Source: a virus. From it: a stretch of 64,000 nucleotides of DNA. The stretch lies in IMG/VR virus record IMGVR_UViG_3300011113_000257, positions 32,001 through 96,000 of that record; one strand, given 5' to 3'. Made by a program: the position numbers and the translations under genes. Position 1 is the stretch's first letter. Each line of letters starts with the position of its first letter. The notes beneath the pieces are model-generated. The model searched no databases. It had not been told where the DNA came from and saw only the letters and a program-made list of their open reading frames with translations. Below are positions 28,285 to 38,704 of the stretch, piece after piece.

Positions 28285-29268
28285 TTATTTGTCATCAGGG
28301 CTCGCCGCCTGGTCTTCTGAGGCTGCATCCGTTATTATATTTTCCGGGCGGTCATCAGGATTGGATACAATCACGGCATCCGTTATCTCGTAGGTGGCTA
28401 CATCCGTTGGTGTTTCTTCCGGGGACAGGACGCTATAAACGCTCGCCGCTCCTGCAGCAAGCCGTTGCAATCTTTCAGCAACAATGACATGTGGCGGTCG
28501 CGCATCGTTGACTTCGACATCAACGCTAAGTTCCATTCCTCCGCGCACGCCCGCACGGTCGAGAATCTCCGTCGCCGCTTTTAACTTAACGGGTTCAGAC
28601 TCAGCGTTCTCCATCATATCTTCTAGAACGTCGACTGCATACGGTGCGGCTTGGATGAGTTTGCGTCTCGCCCGTTCTACATCTTCGCCCGGTTTGCGGA
28701 CGGACTTTAAGTGGGCTCGGCACAAGCCGTCATCTTTGAGGCGACCAGATGCCCACAACATACAGCGCAAGCCGTCATCCTTGATAGTTCGGCATCGCGT
28801 CGGGAGAACTGCGGGTTGCTTTCTTTCGCTCGCCGTTGGTTCGTTTTGTTCCGCTACCCACTTACGGGTCGCGCCGATAACCCAAGGCGGAGAAATCTTC
28901 ATGGCGTTGTCATCAAGCAGGAGGTCAACACCCGTTAGGTAATCTGAATTATTATTTGAACCGTCAACTAAAAGCGGTCGCTTCTCAACGAGTGAGAGGA
29001 CACGCCGTTCGCGCATTGCCTCTGGAGACCGTGCGGCTATCATACCCGTTGGGTTACCCGTTGCGTCGTAAACGGAATCCCAGTTGTAATGGGCTCGCCG
29101 TAATAGGGAGCGGTTGTCGTAGGTGTCGTCGCACACGCCCCGTTCGTGCTCTATGATACCGAGTTCGGAAAGGTCGGGGCGTAGGTCTAGCGGTGTATCA
29201 AGGCGTGGCGCTCTATCCGTTGGGTCATCTTTGGGACCCTCGGAATCAAACTTTATAACTTCTGTCAT
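28285..29268 (-). CDS. Zn-finger plus helical-domain protein, possible terminase small subunit
   Basis: C..C..C..H finger followed by AVDVLEDMM..VKLKAATEILDRAG. Confidence 0.45.
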   Translation of the reverse strand: MTEVIKFDSEGPKDDPTDRAPRLDTPLDLRPDLSELGIIEHERGVCDDTYDNRSLLRRAHYNWDSVYDATGNPTGMIAARSPEAMRERRVLSLVEKRPLLVDGSNNNSDYLTGVDLLLDDNAMKISPPWVIGATRKWVAEQNEPTASERKQPAVLPTRCRTIKDDGLRCMLWASGRLKDDGLCRAHLKSVRKPGEDVERARRKLIQAAPYAVDVLEDMMENAESEPVKLKAATEILDRAGVRGGMELSVDVEVNDARPPHVIVAERLQRLAAGAASVYSVLSPEETPTDVATYEITDAVIVSNPDDRPENIITDAASEDQAASPDDK

Positions 29269-29383
29269 GCCTCGCCGTTCAATAAAAAATTTCAGTTATC
29301 GTCTCACAATGTGGAACGATTGCTCGCCGTTAAAAAATTTCAGTTTTGCGGGCGGGGAAGCCGCCGCTGCCTGGAAGTTGTAA

Positions 29384-29599
29384 CTATTTTTTCTTGGGGG
29401 CGGGAGTCGCCGTCTTCTTTTTGGCAGGTGCCTTTTTAGCCGGGGCTTTCTTGGCTGGTGCCTTTGTTGCGGATGGTGCAACAACTGGGGCTGGGGCTGG
29501 GGTGGTGTCTAGGAAACGACCCTTTTTGTCGCGTGGCATTTTCTCGGCGGCTTTGCGTCGTGCGCGGGAGCCAAGAAGTTCTTTTAATTTTTTAAGCAT
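29384..29599 (-). CDS. Small basic histone-H1-like protein
   Basis: PAKKA repeats; PRDKKGRF. Confidence 0.6.
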   Translation of the reverse strand: MLKKLKELLGSRARRKAAEKMPRDKKGRFLDTTPAPAPVVAPSATKAPAKKAPAKKAPAKKKTATPAPKKK

Positions 29600-29612
29600 T
29601 GGGAGTTCCGTT

Positions 29613-29834
29613 CTAGTTCTTTGTGATGGAGGCGGAGTTTGAGTCGCCGACCTGTGTGGATGCGATACTGGACAAAACGGACAAAAGGGCAGCGCCGAGG
29701 GAAACCTTTAGGGTGTCTACGGTTGCGATGGTAAAGATGCCAGCCATGTCTGAACCGACAAGGGCAATGAAGGTTTGGGCAAAGGTTTTAATCGCTCTTT
29801 CGGCGAGGTCGTTCAAGAACTTTTTATTATACAT
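29613..29834 (-). CDS. Holin, r1t family
   Basis: AERAIKTFAQT and ALLSVLSSIAS motifs. Confidence 0.82.
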   Translation of the reverse strand: MYNKKFLNDLAERAIKTFAQTFIALVGSDMAGIFTIATVDTLKVSLGAALLSVLSSIASTQVGDSNSASITKN

Positions 29835-30150
29835 AAAATGTCTCCGTTGTCAAATCCAGCGTGTGTATCTTTTATAACGATTAGATAACAAGATGATAAC
29901 GGTTTAAATCTCGGACGATTTTTTTGGCGCGTGGAGAGAGTGGCGAGCCGTTTTGCCCCTTCTATAAAGAGAACCCCATAAAATAAGGGTTTTCTAGTAA
30001 CTAAGTATTATACACTTTTAGCCCTAAAAAAGTGTTTATATTTGGGCGTGTCGCATCACTTTTCTGGGTTCAGAACTGCCCAGACTGCCCAAGCACAGAC
30101 TCCAACACCGATAGCCAATCCGACAACTAATCCAACTAGAAACTCAAACA

Positions 30151-31009
30151 TTAGACTTCCTCTCTACATTCCTGACATAATAAAGCATCATACCCTGTTG
30201 CGTATGACGTGGCGTGTCCGCTCTTAGTTACAGGAACGGGAGTCACAATCTCGTCAACTTTTCCGCATCTGTCGCACTTCAAATCAACAATCCATTCTGC
30301 TGATTTACCTGACATTATCAAGGCACTCAATCCGCGACTCAAGGCGTGCATAGCCCCACCACCCACAGTCCTGCGTAGGAATGCGCGAGTATCGTCAACT
30401 TCTAGAACTGCTCTAGGAGATTTGCAAGGGCAGTCCAACCGAGAAGGCTTACACATAATTTCCCCAGCAATTTCCTTATGTCGTGACATTCCGTGCCCAC
30501 AGATACAGATTCGGCTATCCCTGACTTTTCCCCTCTGCTTGTGAGCATTGTCGGTTATTACTGCCATATCAGGGTCAACCCCAATGGCTATCAAAGCATT
30601 TCTTGCACTGTCGTCAGTCGTCATAATTTTCCATTTCTTTGGATAGGTTTTCCGCAATCTCGATAAAAGTCATTTCATCCTCGATGCTCTTTTTTAACTC
30701 GGAGTAGAGCCCTAGCATGGCTTGCGTTTTCTTAAAATTAAGGTATGATGTATAGCCCACCACAGCCAGTCCTGCACCCAAAAAGGCACTCAGTCCTACG
30801 AGCAAATATTCCATCAACTAATCCCCATCTCTAGTCTCCAACAATACTTCCTTAACCCCGTGACTGTCAAGCAGTGACTTCACAACTTCCTTAGCCTTGA
30901 CTTCCCATCTGTCTTTTTCTTCCTGACTTAAATCATTCATACCATTTGGGAACCAATATCTCAGGGTATCGTCCACGAAATTCTCGTAGGCTCGCTTCAT
31001 CCGACTCAC
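30151..31009 (-). CDS. Three hypothetical genes (30151-about 30624 Cys-rich, 30614-30817 membrane-anchored, 30818-31009)
   Basis: Contiguous ORFs; CICGH..H..C..C.C motif. Confidence 0.6.
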
Positions 31010-31020
31010 ACTAACTCCTT

Positions 31021-31380
31021 AAAGTTATCCACAGGCGCACCCTGATTCCAACTATAGTACCGACTATAACATAAAAAAACTAAACATTAAACATAAAACA
31101 TAAAAGTCAACTATATTTTACCAACCCCCCTAAGCGCACGCATACGCGCGTATGGAAAATATAGTTAACTTTTATGTATGGTGTATAGTTATTTTAGTGT
31201 TACTAGTCAGATTATTTTATCCGAAAATATTTTTTTCTGCTAGTAACTTACCACTTCGACTCATTTCGACCCGAAACTAAACATTAAAAAACCATACACT
31301 ATAAACCATACACTAAACATAAAAGTCGACTATATTTCCCAGACCAAAATCACAAATCCAACACAAAGTTATCCACAGCC
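31021..31380. other. Putative replication origin: AT-rich, iterons, two DnaA boxes
   Basis: TTATCCACA at 31025 and 31369; ACATAAAAGTYRACTATATTT at 31098, 31157 (inverted) and 31317; lies at a divergent strand switch. Confidence 0.55.
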
Positions 31381-31445
31381 CTTACCTCAAAAATTGCCAC
31401 ATCACCCCCCTTGACAGACCCAAATCCAAGGAGTAACCTACCGAT

Positions 31446-31754
31446 ATGAATTCTGAAATATACCTGACTCTTGAAGAGTACAACGATTTTGTGTCACAGG
31501 CACATGCTCAATATATGATAAACCGTCTGCAACATACTCCGTCAGACACCTACAAAAAGTATCATCCGTCTGACCTTGCAATCGAAACCGCATCATTCTT
31601 TGAAGCGTCCTATTTAGTGCTTGACTCCTATCTAGATATAATCACAGCACGACTACGCGCAGAGAGAGAAGCAAAACAAGAACCCGTAGAACCATTCTTT
31701 GACCACAAACCAACCAAGCCAAAGAAGGAAAGAAAGCAAGTAAAAGAGAAATGA
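31446..31754 (+). CDS. Hypothetical protein
   Basis: Leaderless promoter TTGACA-N17-TAACCT-N6-ATG. Confidence 0.65.
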   Translation: MNSEIYLTLEEYNDFVSQAHAQYMINRLQHTPSDTYKKYHPSDLAIETASFFEASYLVLDSYLDIITARLRAEREAKQEPVEPFFDHKPTKPKKERKQVKEK

Positions 31755-32237
31755 GATATTTAATGAAAAAAATTAAACTAATAAAAACCAACCGACTCCT
31801 AAAAAAGCACGTTGGTAAATCAACTTACTGGGATTAAGTAGGAGAACTAATGACACATATGATTTCGGTAGGGACACACGAATTATTACTAAACCTGTTT
31901 GAGGAAAAGATAGACCTAGAAACATTTAAGAATCTTTCTAATCTACCTGAAGAAGAACTCAACGCAATTTTAGAACTCTTATTAGAAACAGGTTGCTAAA
32001 ACTAATGTCTATGTTTCGCATATTTGTTTTAACTACGGCTACAGGATTGGCATGGCTTACTTTATTTAATCAGTTAAATAGAGAGACTATTATAAAAACT
32101 ACCCTGTTTTCATTATTTCTTTCTTTTGTATTATCTTTGATTAAGAACAAGCAACAAAAATAAATAAGCAATTCATTATATCCGCAACGACAAACAAAAT
32201 TGGACAATCAAAAAAGTCCAATAAAGAAAGGGCTTTT

Positions 32238-32528
32238 ATGCTTCTTAGAAAGTATATCGGAGAGACACTATTAAAAGAACGCACCAAGCAAGGAAGAACA
32301 CTAAGAGACGTATCTACTCAAGCAACTGTTTCTCTAGGATATCTATCTGAACTAGAAAGAGGTCTAAAGGAAGTTTCTTCTGAACTCTTAAATGCAATCT
32401 GCGAGGCTTTAGTTATAAGCCCCGTTGACCTGTTAATAGATGTAACTGCATCTATGAGCCAAGATTTAGGGAGGGAGTTGGATAATGAGTTATATTCCAT
32501 CAACCATAAAGAATCAATTAGTATCTAA
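32238..32528 (+). CDS. ClgR-like XRE HTH regulator
   Basis: LLR..IG..L..R..QGRTLRDVS..A.VSLGYLSELERG.KE.SSELL..IC.AL, near the actinobacterial ClgR consensus. Confidence 0.82.
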   Translation: MLLRKYIGETLLKERTKQGRTLRDVSTQATVSLGYLSELERGLKEVSSELLNAICEALVISPVDLLIDVTASMSQDLGRELDNELYSINHKESISI

Positions 32529-32771
32529 ACTTCTAGACCTAAACGATAAGTCAGCATTCCTTAGAGACCAAAATCCCTCCTATAAAAAAGTAGTATGCAC
32601 AGCAATAGTTGAGACACTAGAAAAAGGACTTAGAGAGTGTTATGCAAGAGAGATACTTGCTTATCACGAAGTGGAGTGTCAGAATGATGGCTACCCATAT
32701 TCCTGTACCTGTAGAGATGTTGCAGACATGATTATTGGAGAGATTTTAGGGGATGAAATTGGTGAATTTAA

Positions 32772-33179
32772 GTGAAGAACTCTGACTTTGATATTGACTT
32801 CTCTAACGGAAGAGCAGGGGAAGACTCTGTTGCCCAAGTATTAAACATCTCTACCGTTGAAGTTAAGCGCGACCTAAAATGGTTTGACACCAATAACTTC
32901 TTTATAGAGTACGAATGCTTTAACATCACCCAAAACAAATACATCCCAAGCGGTCTTAAAACCACCAAGGCTACGCACTACGTCTTTGTTTTAGGTGACA
33001 CTTTTATAGGGCTTCCGACCCAGCAACTAAAAGATTTAATCAACAAGAAGTTCCATGAAGGTACCCTAAGAGATGTAGACTGCTATATACCACCAAACCA
33101 AAGCAGGGGTTATCTTGTCACCGTTCAAGACATTCTGGAATACCAAAAAGAAAAAGGAAGAGAACTTACAAATGCATAG
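32772..33179 (+). CDS. PD-(D/E)XK nuclease-like phage protein
   Basis: VEVKRD..NFFIEY..SGL.TTKA. Confidence 0.5.
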   Translation: MKNSDFDIDFSNGRAGEDSVAQVLNISTVEVKRDLKWFDTNNFFIEYECFNITQNKYIPSGLKTTKATHYVFVLGDTFIGLPTQQLKDLINKKFHEGTLRDVDCYIPPNQSRGYLVTVQDILEYQKEKGRELTNA

Positions 33180-34234
33180 TTCCGTAAACCCAAAAGACAT
33201 TGCTTCCTACGGTGAACTTTTAGAAGAACTTCATAGGTATCAAAAGATGACTGCAAACCTTGCACACTTCCAAGACATCACCTATGAGTTAGCAACTATT
33301 CATCAAAAACAAGGAGATATCTGTTTAGGTTGTCCCCGTTCTATGACTGCCAAAGATGGTGTCATCTACGGTAAGTATTCTGAATGCAGTGTTGCTATCT
33401 GCATTGAAAAGCATAAGATAACTCCTAACCTAATGACCCGTCACGACATGGGAATACAGATTAATAAACTTACAAATAAAATAAATAAGTTAGAAGAGCA
33501 ACTTAAGAATATTAAAGAAGAACACTGCGAAGTTGCAGAAGGTGTTTGCAGTTTAAACCCGTGCCCAACAAAACATTTCTGCATAACATCTGGTTTTACT
33601 AAGGGGTAGAATATGAAGATGGAATACTACACACCTACATTTATCAAAAAGAAAATGGATGCCATCAAGCGCGTTCGCAACCTACACCAACCCAAAATGT
33701 GGAGTTTGCACGATGTTAAAGATATATGTTCAGAATGCAAAGTTCCATACCCCTGCAACACCATTAAAGCATTAGACGGTTAGTAGCGCGAGAACATACC
33801 TGTAAGTTTTGCGGAGTATTACTTACAGCAACATCTGTAAAAAAGATTGAGAAAGAGTACGAACTTCACATCAAAACCGACTACCATATATCTCAAGTAG
33901 AGTTAATAAAAGAGATACGCAAGCAAAGACTTCTTTTACTAGGAAACAAATGAGCGATAAAGAGAACGAAGAAGAAGAAGAATACCTAGCAGGTGTACGA
34001 GAATCTATGCAAGGTTTATCTGACGCTCTAACAGCAAGACTAGAGAGAATGCAAATGTTTCACAGATACACTCAAGCAATGATGCGAGACGATTTTGTTG
34101 GGATGGTAGAGGCTCTTGGCTATTCAGAGGATATTCTTAAAGATATGACGTACCCAGAGATAATGGAATCAATGGTTGTACGAGTAGCAGACTTAGCAAA
34201 AGAAGTTGGCTTCGACATAAATGGCAAAGATTAA
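33172..34234 (+). CDS. Several hypothetical genes (33172-33609, about 33613-33783, 33950-34234)
   Basis: Contiguous plus-strand ORFs. Confidence 0.5.
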
Positions 34235-34412
34235 AAGGTTCAAATAATGTGTAATCAAATGGAAGATGCTGCGCATGTTTATAAAATGAAAAAAGAAGTT
34301 TGGTTAGAAGTACTAAGCGATTACCCAAGCGAAGGCGAAGAAGAGCGGTTATGGCATTGCTTGCATGGCAGGGCTTATGGAATCAACTGCAAAAAATGCG
34401 AGAGAGATGACG

Positions 34413-34829
34413 ATGACTAAACCAAAAGCAATCATTGTTGATATTGATGGAACCGTCTCACACAAAAACGATAGAGATATTTACGACTACGAAAAGTCTC
34501 TTGATGATTCCTCTGACGCAGTAATCATTGAAATAGTTAAATCTCTCTGGCTCCAGAACTACAAGATTATTTTTATAACAGGTCGCTCGGACGAATGTAT
34601 TGCAGTAACCCGTGAGTGGCTACGACTTCATTGTCCTCCATACATCGGTCTTTATATGCGACAAGCAGGAGACTTCCGTAAGGACTCAATCATTAAGAAA
34701 GAACTCTATGACCAATACGTTAAAGACCAATACGATGTGCTTTGCGTATTTGATGACCGCAATCAGGTTGTGGACATGTGGCGCGAGATTGGTCTTAAGT
34801 GTCTACAAGTACAGCCAGGAGATTTTTAA
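34413..34829 (+). CDS. HAD phosphatase, T4 polynucleotide kinase 3'-phosphatase-like
   Basis: DIDGT, ITGR, LYMR..GD.RKD..IK and FDDR.QVV.MWR motifs. Confidence 0.88.
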   Translation: MTKPKAIIVDIDGTVSHKNDRDIYDYEKSLDDSSDAVIIEIVKSLWLQNYKIIFITGRSDECIAVTREWLRLHCPPYIGLYMRQAGDFRKDSIIKKELYDQYVKDQYDVLCVFDDRNQVVDMWREIGLKCLQVQPGDF

Positions 34830-35207
34830 GTGGAACGCTCTTTCGAGGATAAGTTAGAAATTGTAGCATCAGCGTTTTATAGTCGCTTTGATGAAGAAGG
34901 TGAAGCAGAAATTTTACAAAAGATTTTTAATTCACACGACCTATCAGGTGCTGTTGCATTAGCAGTAGTCGGAGGAGATGTCGAGATTAAATCTGACGAA
35001 GCAAAAGGTTGGATTGAAGAAACATATAGAGTTCTAGATGCTATCTTTGATTTCCCAGAGGAGGAGTCTTAAATGAACCAAGACGATTATGAAGAAGACA
35101 ATTATGAAGAAGACGTAAAAGATTCTTTAAAACTTTTTGCTTCCATTACTGTTCCCGTACTTATATTCTCTATTGCTATTTGGTTTCTATCTGCCTAGAC
35201 TTATCTA

Positions 35208-35852
35208 ATGCATACATACGACGTAAGACAGATAGAATCCAAAGAGACACACGACTACCTTCTTAACATCCACTATGCAAAGCGTCTCCCACAGATTATG
35301 TACGCATACGGTCTATTCCGAGATGACAACCTTGTTGGTGTAATTACTTATGGTCGTCCACCTGCACCGTCTGTGTCTAAGGGCGTTTTAGGAACTGAAC
35401 ATAAGAATCTAGTTCTTGAACTTAATCGTTTATGTCTTAAAGACAATCTTAAAAACGAAGCGTCACAACTTGTCGCAGGTTCTTTCAAACTTCTTCCTAC
35501 TCCACTTGCAATTATTTCTTATGCAGATACATCACACGACCATCTCGGTATTGTGTATCAAGCAACAAATTTTCTCTATACAGGGCTCTCATCTAAACAT
35601 ACAGACTGGGCAGTAAAAGGAATGGAAGGGACTCACACAAGAACTTTTAATCACATCGCTGATGCAATACCCGGAGATAAAAAGAATCTCGAAAAGATTA
35701 AAGAACTTTATGGTGACCGCTTCTACTACATTGACAGACCAAGAAAACATCGGTACATTATCTTGTTAGGGAGCAAGTCAGAAAAAAGAACTCTTAAAAG
35801 TCTTTTGAAGTACCCTGTTCTTCCATATCCAAAAAGGAGTAAAGATGCTTGA
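35208..35852 (+). CDS. Mom-family (GNAT) DNA modification protein
   Basis: IHYA, ELNRL, ISYAD..H.G.VYQATNF.Y.G and KHRY motifs. Confidence 0.8.
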   Translation: MHTYDVRQIESKETHDYLLNIHYAKRLPQIMYAYGLFRDDNLVGVITYGRPPAPSVSKGVLGTEHKNLVLELNRLCLKDNLKNEASQLVAGSFKLLPTPLAIISYADTSHDHLGIVYQATNFLYTGLSSKHTDWAVKGMEGTHTRTFNHIADAIPGDKKNLEKIKELYGDRFYYIDRPRKHRYIILLGSKSEKRTLKSLLKYPVLPYPKRSKDA

Positions 35853-36134
35853 TAGCAAAGGTGATTACCACCCTAATGACCCATCTGCAGAGAACGAAAG
35901 ACTGTACAGAATTTTAGATAAACTGAACAGTATTAGAAAGCACTCTCAAGTACGAGGAGACTCAGAGCAGTTTATTCTTGGCATCTTGCTAAGTACTGAC
36001 ATCGTAACTGCCGAAATACGTGGAGAAATTCATAAAATAGATGGCAGTAATACCCACCCCGACCAAATACCCCTAATCTAGCACTGCTAGTATTTTAACT
36101 CTTACTCAAATACCACCCCCAAAAAAGGATACTT

Positions 36135-38189
36135 ATGTCTGCCGTCACTTTTGTTTTTCGTCTAAATGAAGAGTTTGTTGCTTCTTATAAAGATAAGAAA
36201 GCACCATTTGGATATAGAGACGCAGGCGGTAACTCGGTAGGTGAAATTACTTTCCTACGCACTTACTCACGCAAGAAAGAAGACGGCACTAAGGAAACTT
36301 GGGTGGATGTTTGTGAGCGCGTTATTAACGGAATGTACTCGCTTCAGAAGGAACACTGCAAGACTAATCGTCTTCCTTGGTCTGATGCTAAGGCTCAGGC
36401 TTCTGCAAAAGAAGCATTCGACCGTTTGTTCCATCTCAAGTGGACACCACCAGGTCGCGGACTTTGGGTTATGGGAACTCCGATTGTAAACGTACAAAAG
36501 AACTCCGCAGCACTACAGAACTGCGCGTTTGTATCAACACTTGAAATGACTAAGAACAATCCTGCTAAGCCATTTGGTTTCTTAATGGAAGCATCAATGC
36601 TTGGCGTTGGCGTTGGCTTTGATGATAAGGGTGCTGAAAAAGAATTCACTATCTACGCACCTAAATCAGAGTGCACAACAATGGTTATCCCAGATACTCG
36701 CGAGGGCTGGGTTGAATCAACTGTTGAACTTATTAACTCTTACCTAAAGGCAGACCACAACTGCTTAGAATTTGACTACTCAGAGATTCGTCCTGCTGGC
36801 GCACCTATTGCAACTTTTGGTGGAACAGCAGCAGGTCACGAACCTTTAGAGCGTCTACATAACTACATCCACAAACTATTCAAAGGACGCGCTGGTGAAC
36901 TCGTTACTAAAAAAGATATTGCTGATATCGGCAATCTTATTGGCGTTTGTGTTGTTAGCGGTAATGTTCGTCGTAGTGCTGAACTTCTTATTGGCTCCAT
37001 TGATGACGCTGATTTCCTTAATCTTAAAAACGCTGATGTATTCCCCGAACGAAACTCCTACGACCCCGACGCTCCTGGCTGGGGTTGGATGTCTAATAAC
37101 TCGGTAGCAGTTAGCGTAGGTCAAGACCTTTCACCAATCGTTGATGGTATTGCTCGCAACGGCGAGCCAGGTGTTATTTGGATGGACGTATCAAAGAAGT
37201 ACGGTCGTCTTGCTGACCCAATCAACAACAAAGACCATCGCATTGCTGGCTACAATCCTTGTGCAGAACAGTCACTTGAATCATTTGAAATGTGCACCTT
37301 AGTTGAAACATACCTAAACCGTCACGATTCATTAGAGGACTACAACCGCACACTTAAGTTTGCATACCTCTACGCTAAGACTGTAACTCTTCTTCCAACA
37401 CACTGGGAAGAAACAAATGCAATCATGCAACGTAACCGTCGTATCGGAACCTCGATGTCAGGCGTAGCAAACTTTGCTGACCGTAAGGGTTTACCTGTTC
37501 TCCGTGACTGGATGGATAAGGGCTACGAGAATGTTAAGAAGTATGACACTATCTATTCAGAGTGGTTAGGTATTCGTGAATCAATCAAAACAACAACCGT
37601 CAAGCCATCAGGAACAGTATCTATCCTTGCTGGTGAATCGCCCGGAGTTCACTGGACACCAGGTGGAAAGTTTTTCAACCGAGCAATACGCTTTGCAAAT
37701 TCTGACCCTATGCTCCCACTTTTCAAAATGGCAAACTACAGAGTCGAACCAGCAAGCGAATCCCCAGACACCACTTCAGTAGTGTTCTTCCCAATCAAGT
37801 CTGATGCAGAACGCGCAGAACGCGACGTAACCATCTTTGAGAAGATGTCACTTGCTGCAGTTGCTCAGCGTTACTGGTCAGATAACTCAGTATCCGTTAC
37901 CGTTTCATTCGACCCAGACACTGAAGCAGAGCATGTTGGAACTGTCTTGCATATGTACGACGGTCAGTTAAAGACTGTTTCATTCCTACCTTCAGGTAAC
38001 TTCACTTACCCACAGATGCCTTACACGCAGATTACTGAAGAAGAATATGAAGCAGAACTTTTAAAGTTGTTCCCAATCGACTTCACTGGTGTCTATGCAG
38101 GTATGGCAGCAGATGCAATCGGCGAAGCGTACTGCACCACCGATGCTTGCGAAATCAAACTCATTACAGAGAACAACAAGGATAAGTAG
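36135..38189 (+). CDS. nrdJ: Class II adenosylcobalamin-dependent ribonucleotide reductase
   Basis: PPGRGLW, NCAF, GNVRRSA, NPCAEQ, RNRRIG and VKPSGT motifs; C-terminal CTTDAC. Confidence 0.95.
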   Translation: MSAVTFVFRLNEEFVASYKDKKAPFGYRDAGGNSVGEITFLRTYSRKKEDGTKETWVDVCERVINGMYSLQKEHCKTNRLPWSDAKAQASAKEAFDRLFHLKWTPPGRGLWVMGTPIVNVQKNSAALQNCAFVSTLEMTKNNPAKPFGFLMEASMLGVGVGFDDKGAEKEFTIYAPKSECTTMVIPDTREGWVESTVELINSYLKADHNCLEFDYSEIRPAGAPIATFGGTAAGHEPLERLHNYIHKLFKGRAGELVTKKDIADIGNLIGVCVVSGNVRRSAELLIGSIDDADFLNLKNADVFPERNSYDPDAPGWGWMSNNSVAVSVGQDLSPIVDGIARNGEPGVIWMDVSKKYGRLADPINNKDHRIAGYNPCAEQSLESFEMCTLVETYLNRHDSLEDYNRTLKFAYLYAKTVTLLPTHWEETNAIMQRNRRIGTSMSGVANFADRKGLPVLRDWMDKGYENVKKYDTIYSEWLGIRESIKTTTVKPSGTVSILAGESPGVHWTPGGKFFNRAIRFANSDPMLPLFKMANYRVEPASESPDTTSVVFFPIKSDAERAERDVTIFEKMSLAAVAQRYWSDNSVSVTVSFDPDTEAEHVGTVLHMYDGQLKTVSFLPSGNFTYPQMPYTQITEEEYEAELLKLFPIDFTGVYAGMAADAIGEAYCTTDACEIKLITENNKDK

Positions 38190-38506
38190 TGGCAATACTG
38201 AATCTAAAAACAAACGAGTTCGACAAGTTTATTGCCAACGCAGAAGTCCCAGTAGTCGTTGATTACTGGGCAACTTGGTGTTCACCTTGCAAGATGGTTC
38301 TACCAATTCTTGAAGAACTTTCTACTGATTATGAAGGCAAGGTAATTATTGCTAAGGTAGATGTTGACGCAGAACCAGAACTTATGGATGGTATCCGTTC
38401 TGTTCCGACAATCCGCGTCTTTCAAAAAGGCAAGAAAGTCAAGGAAATTGTTGGAGCAAAGAATAAGCCAGCGTTGCTCAAGGAACTAGAAGACTACTTA
38501 GGGTAG
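38189..38506 (+). CDS. trxA: Thioredoxin
   Basis: WCSPC active site; SVPT cis-Pro motif. Confidence 0.9.
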   Translation: MAILNLKTNEFDKFIANAEVPVVVDYWATWCSPCKMVLPILEELSTDYEGKVIIAKVDVDAEPELMDGIRSVPTIRVFQKGKKVKEIVGAKNKPALLKELEDYLG

Positions 38507-38515
38507 AATACTAAT

Positions 38516-38704
38516 ATGCCTACATATGATTACACCTGCTCAAATGAGCACGTCTACACAGAAGAGCGTTCAATCCACGAGGACCAGAAGATAACTGAGT
38601 GTCCAGAATGTAAAGAAACTCTTAAGCGTATTTTTATTGCTGTTCCAGTTTCTTTTCAAGCACCTGGCTTCTACGCAAAAGAACGAAAGAGTTTAGGACT
38701 GTGA
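38516..38704 (+). CDS. FmdB-family Zn-ribbon protein
   Basis: MPTYDYTC..H..CPEC..F..GFY. Confidence 0.85.
   Translation: MPTYDYTCSNEHVYTEERSIHEDQKITECPECKETLKRIFIAVPVSFQAPGFYAKERKSLGL

Larger units (their letters stand above)
8479..29345. repeat. Dispersed 14-bp motif AAAAAATTTCAGTT
   Basis: 14 exact copies found by eye (11073, 12561, 13555, 14178r, 14914, 17086, 18206r, 19240, 20896, 21756, 26005r, 27952, 29284, 29332) plus near copies. Confidence 0.9.

Noticed and set aside
5195-29345. CRISPR array or classical integron reading of the dispersed repeats
   Set aside because: Repeats are short, irregularly spaced by whole genes, lack attC-type structure, and no Cas1/2 or tyrosine integrase is in the window
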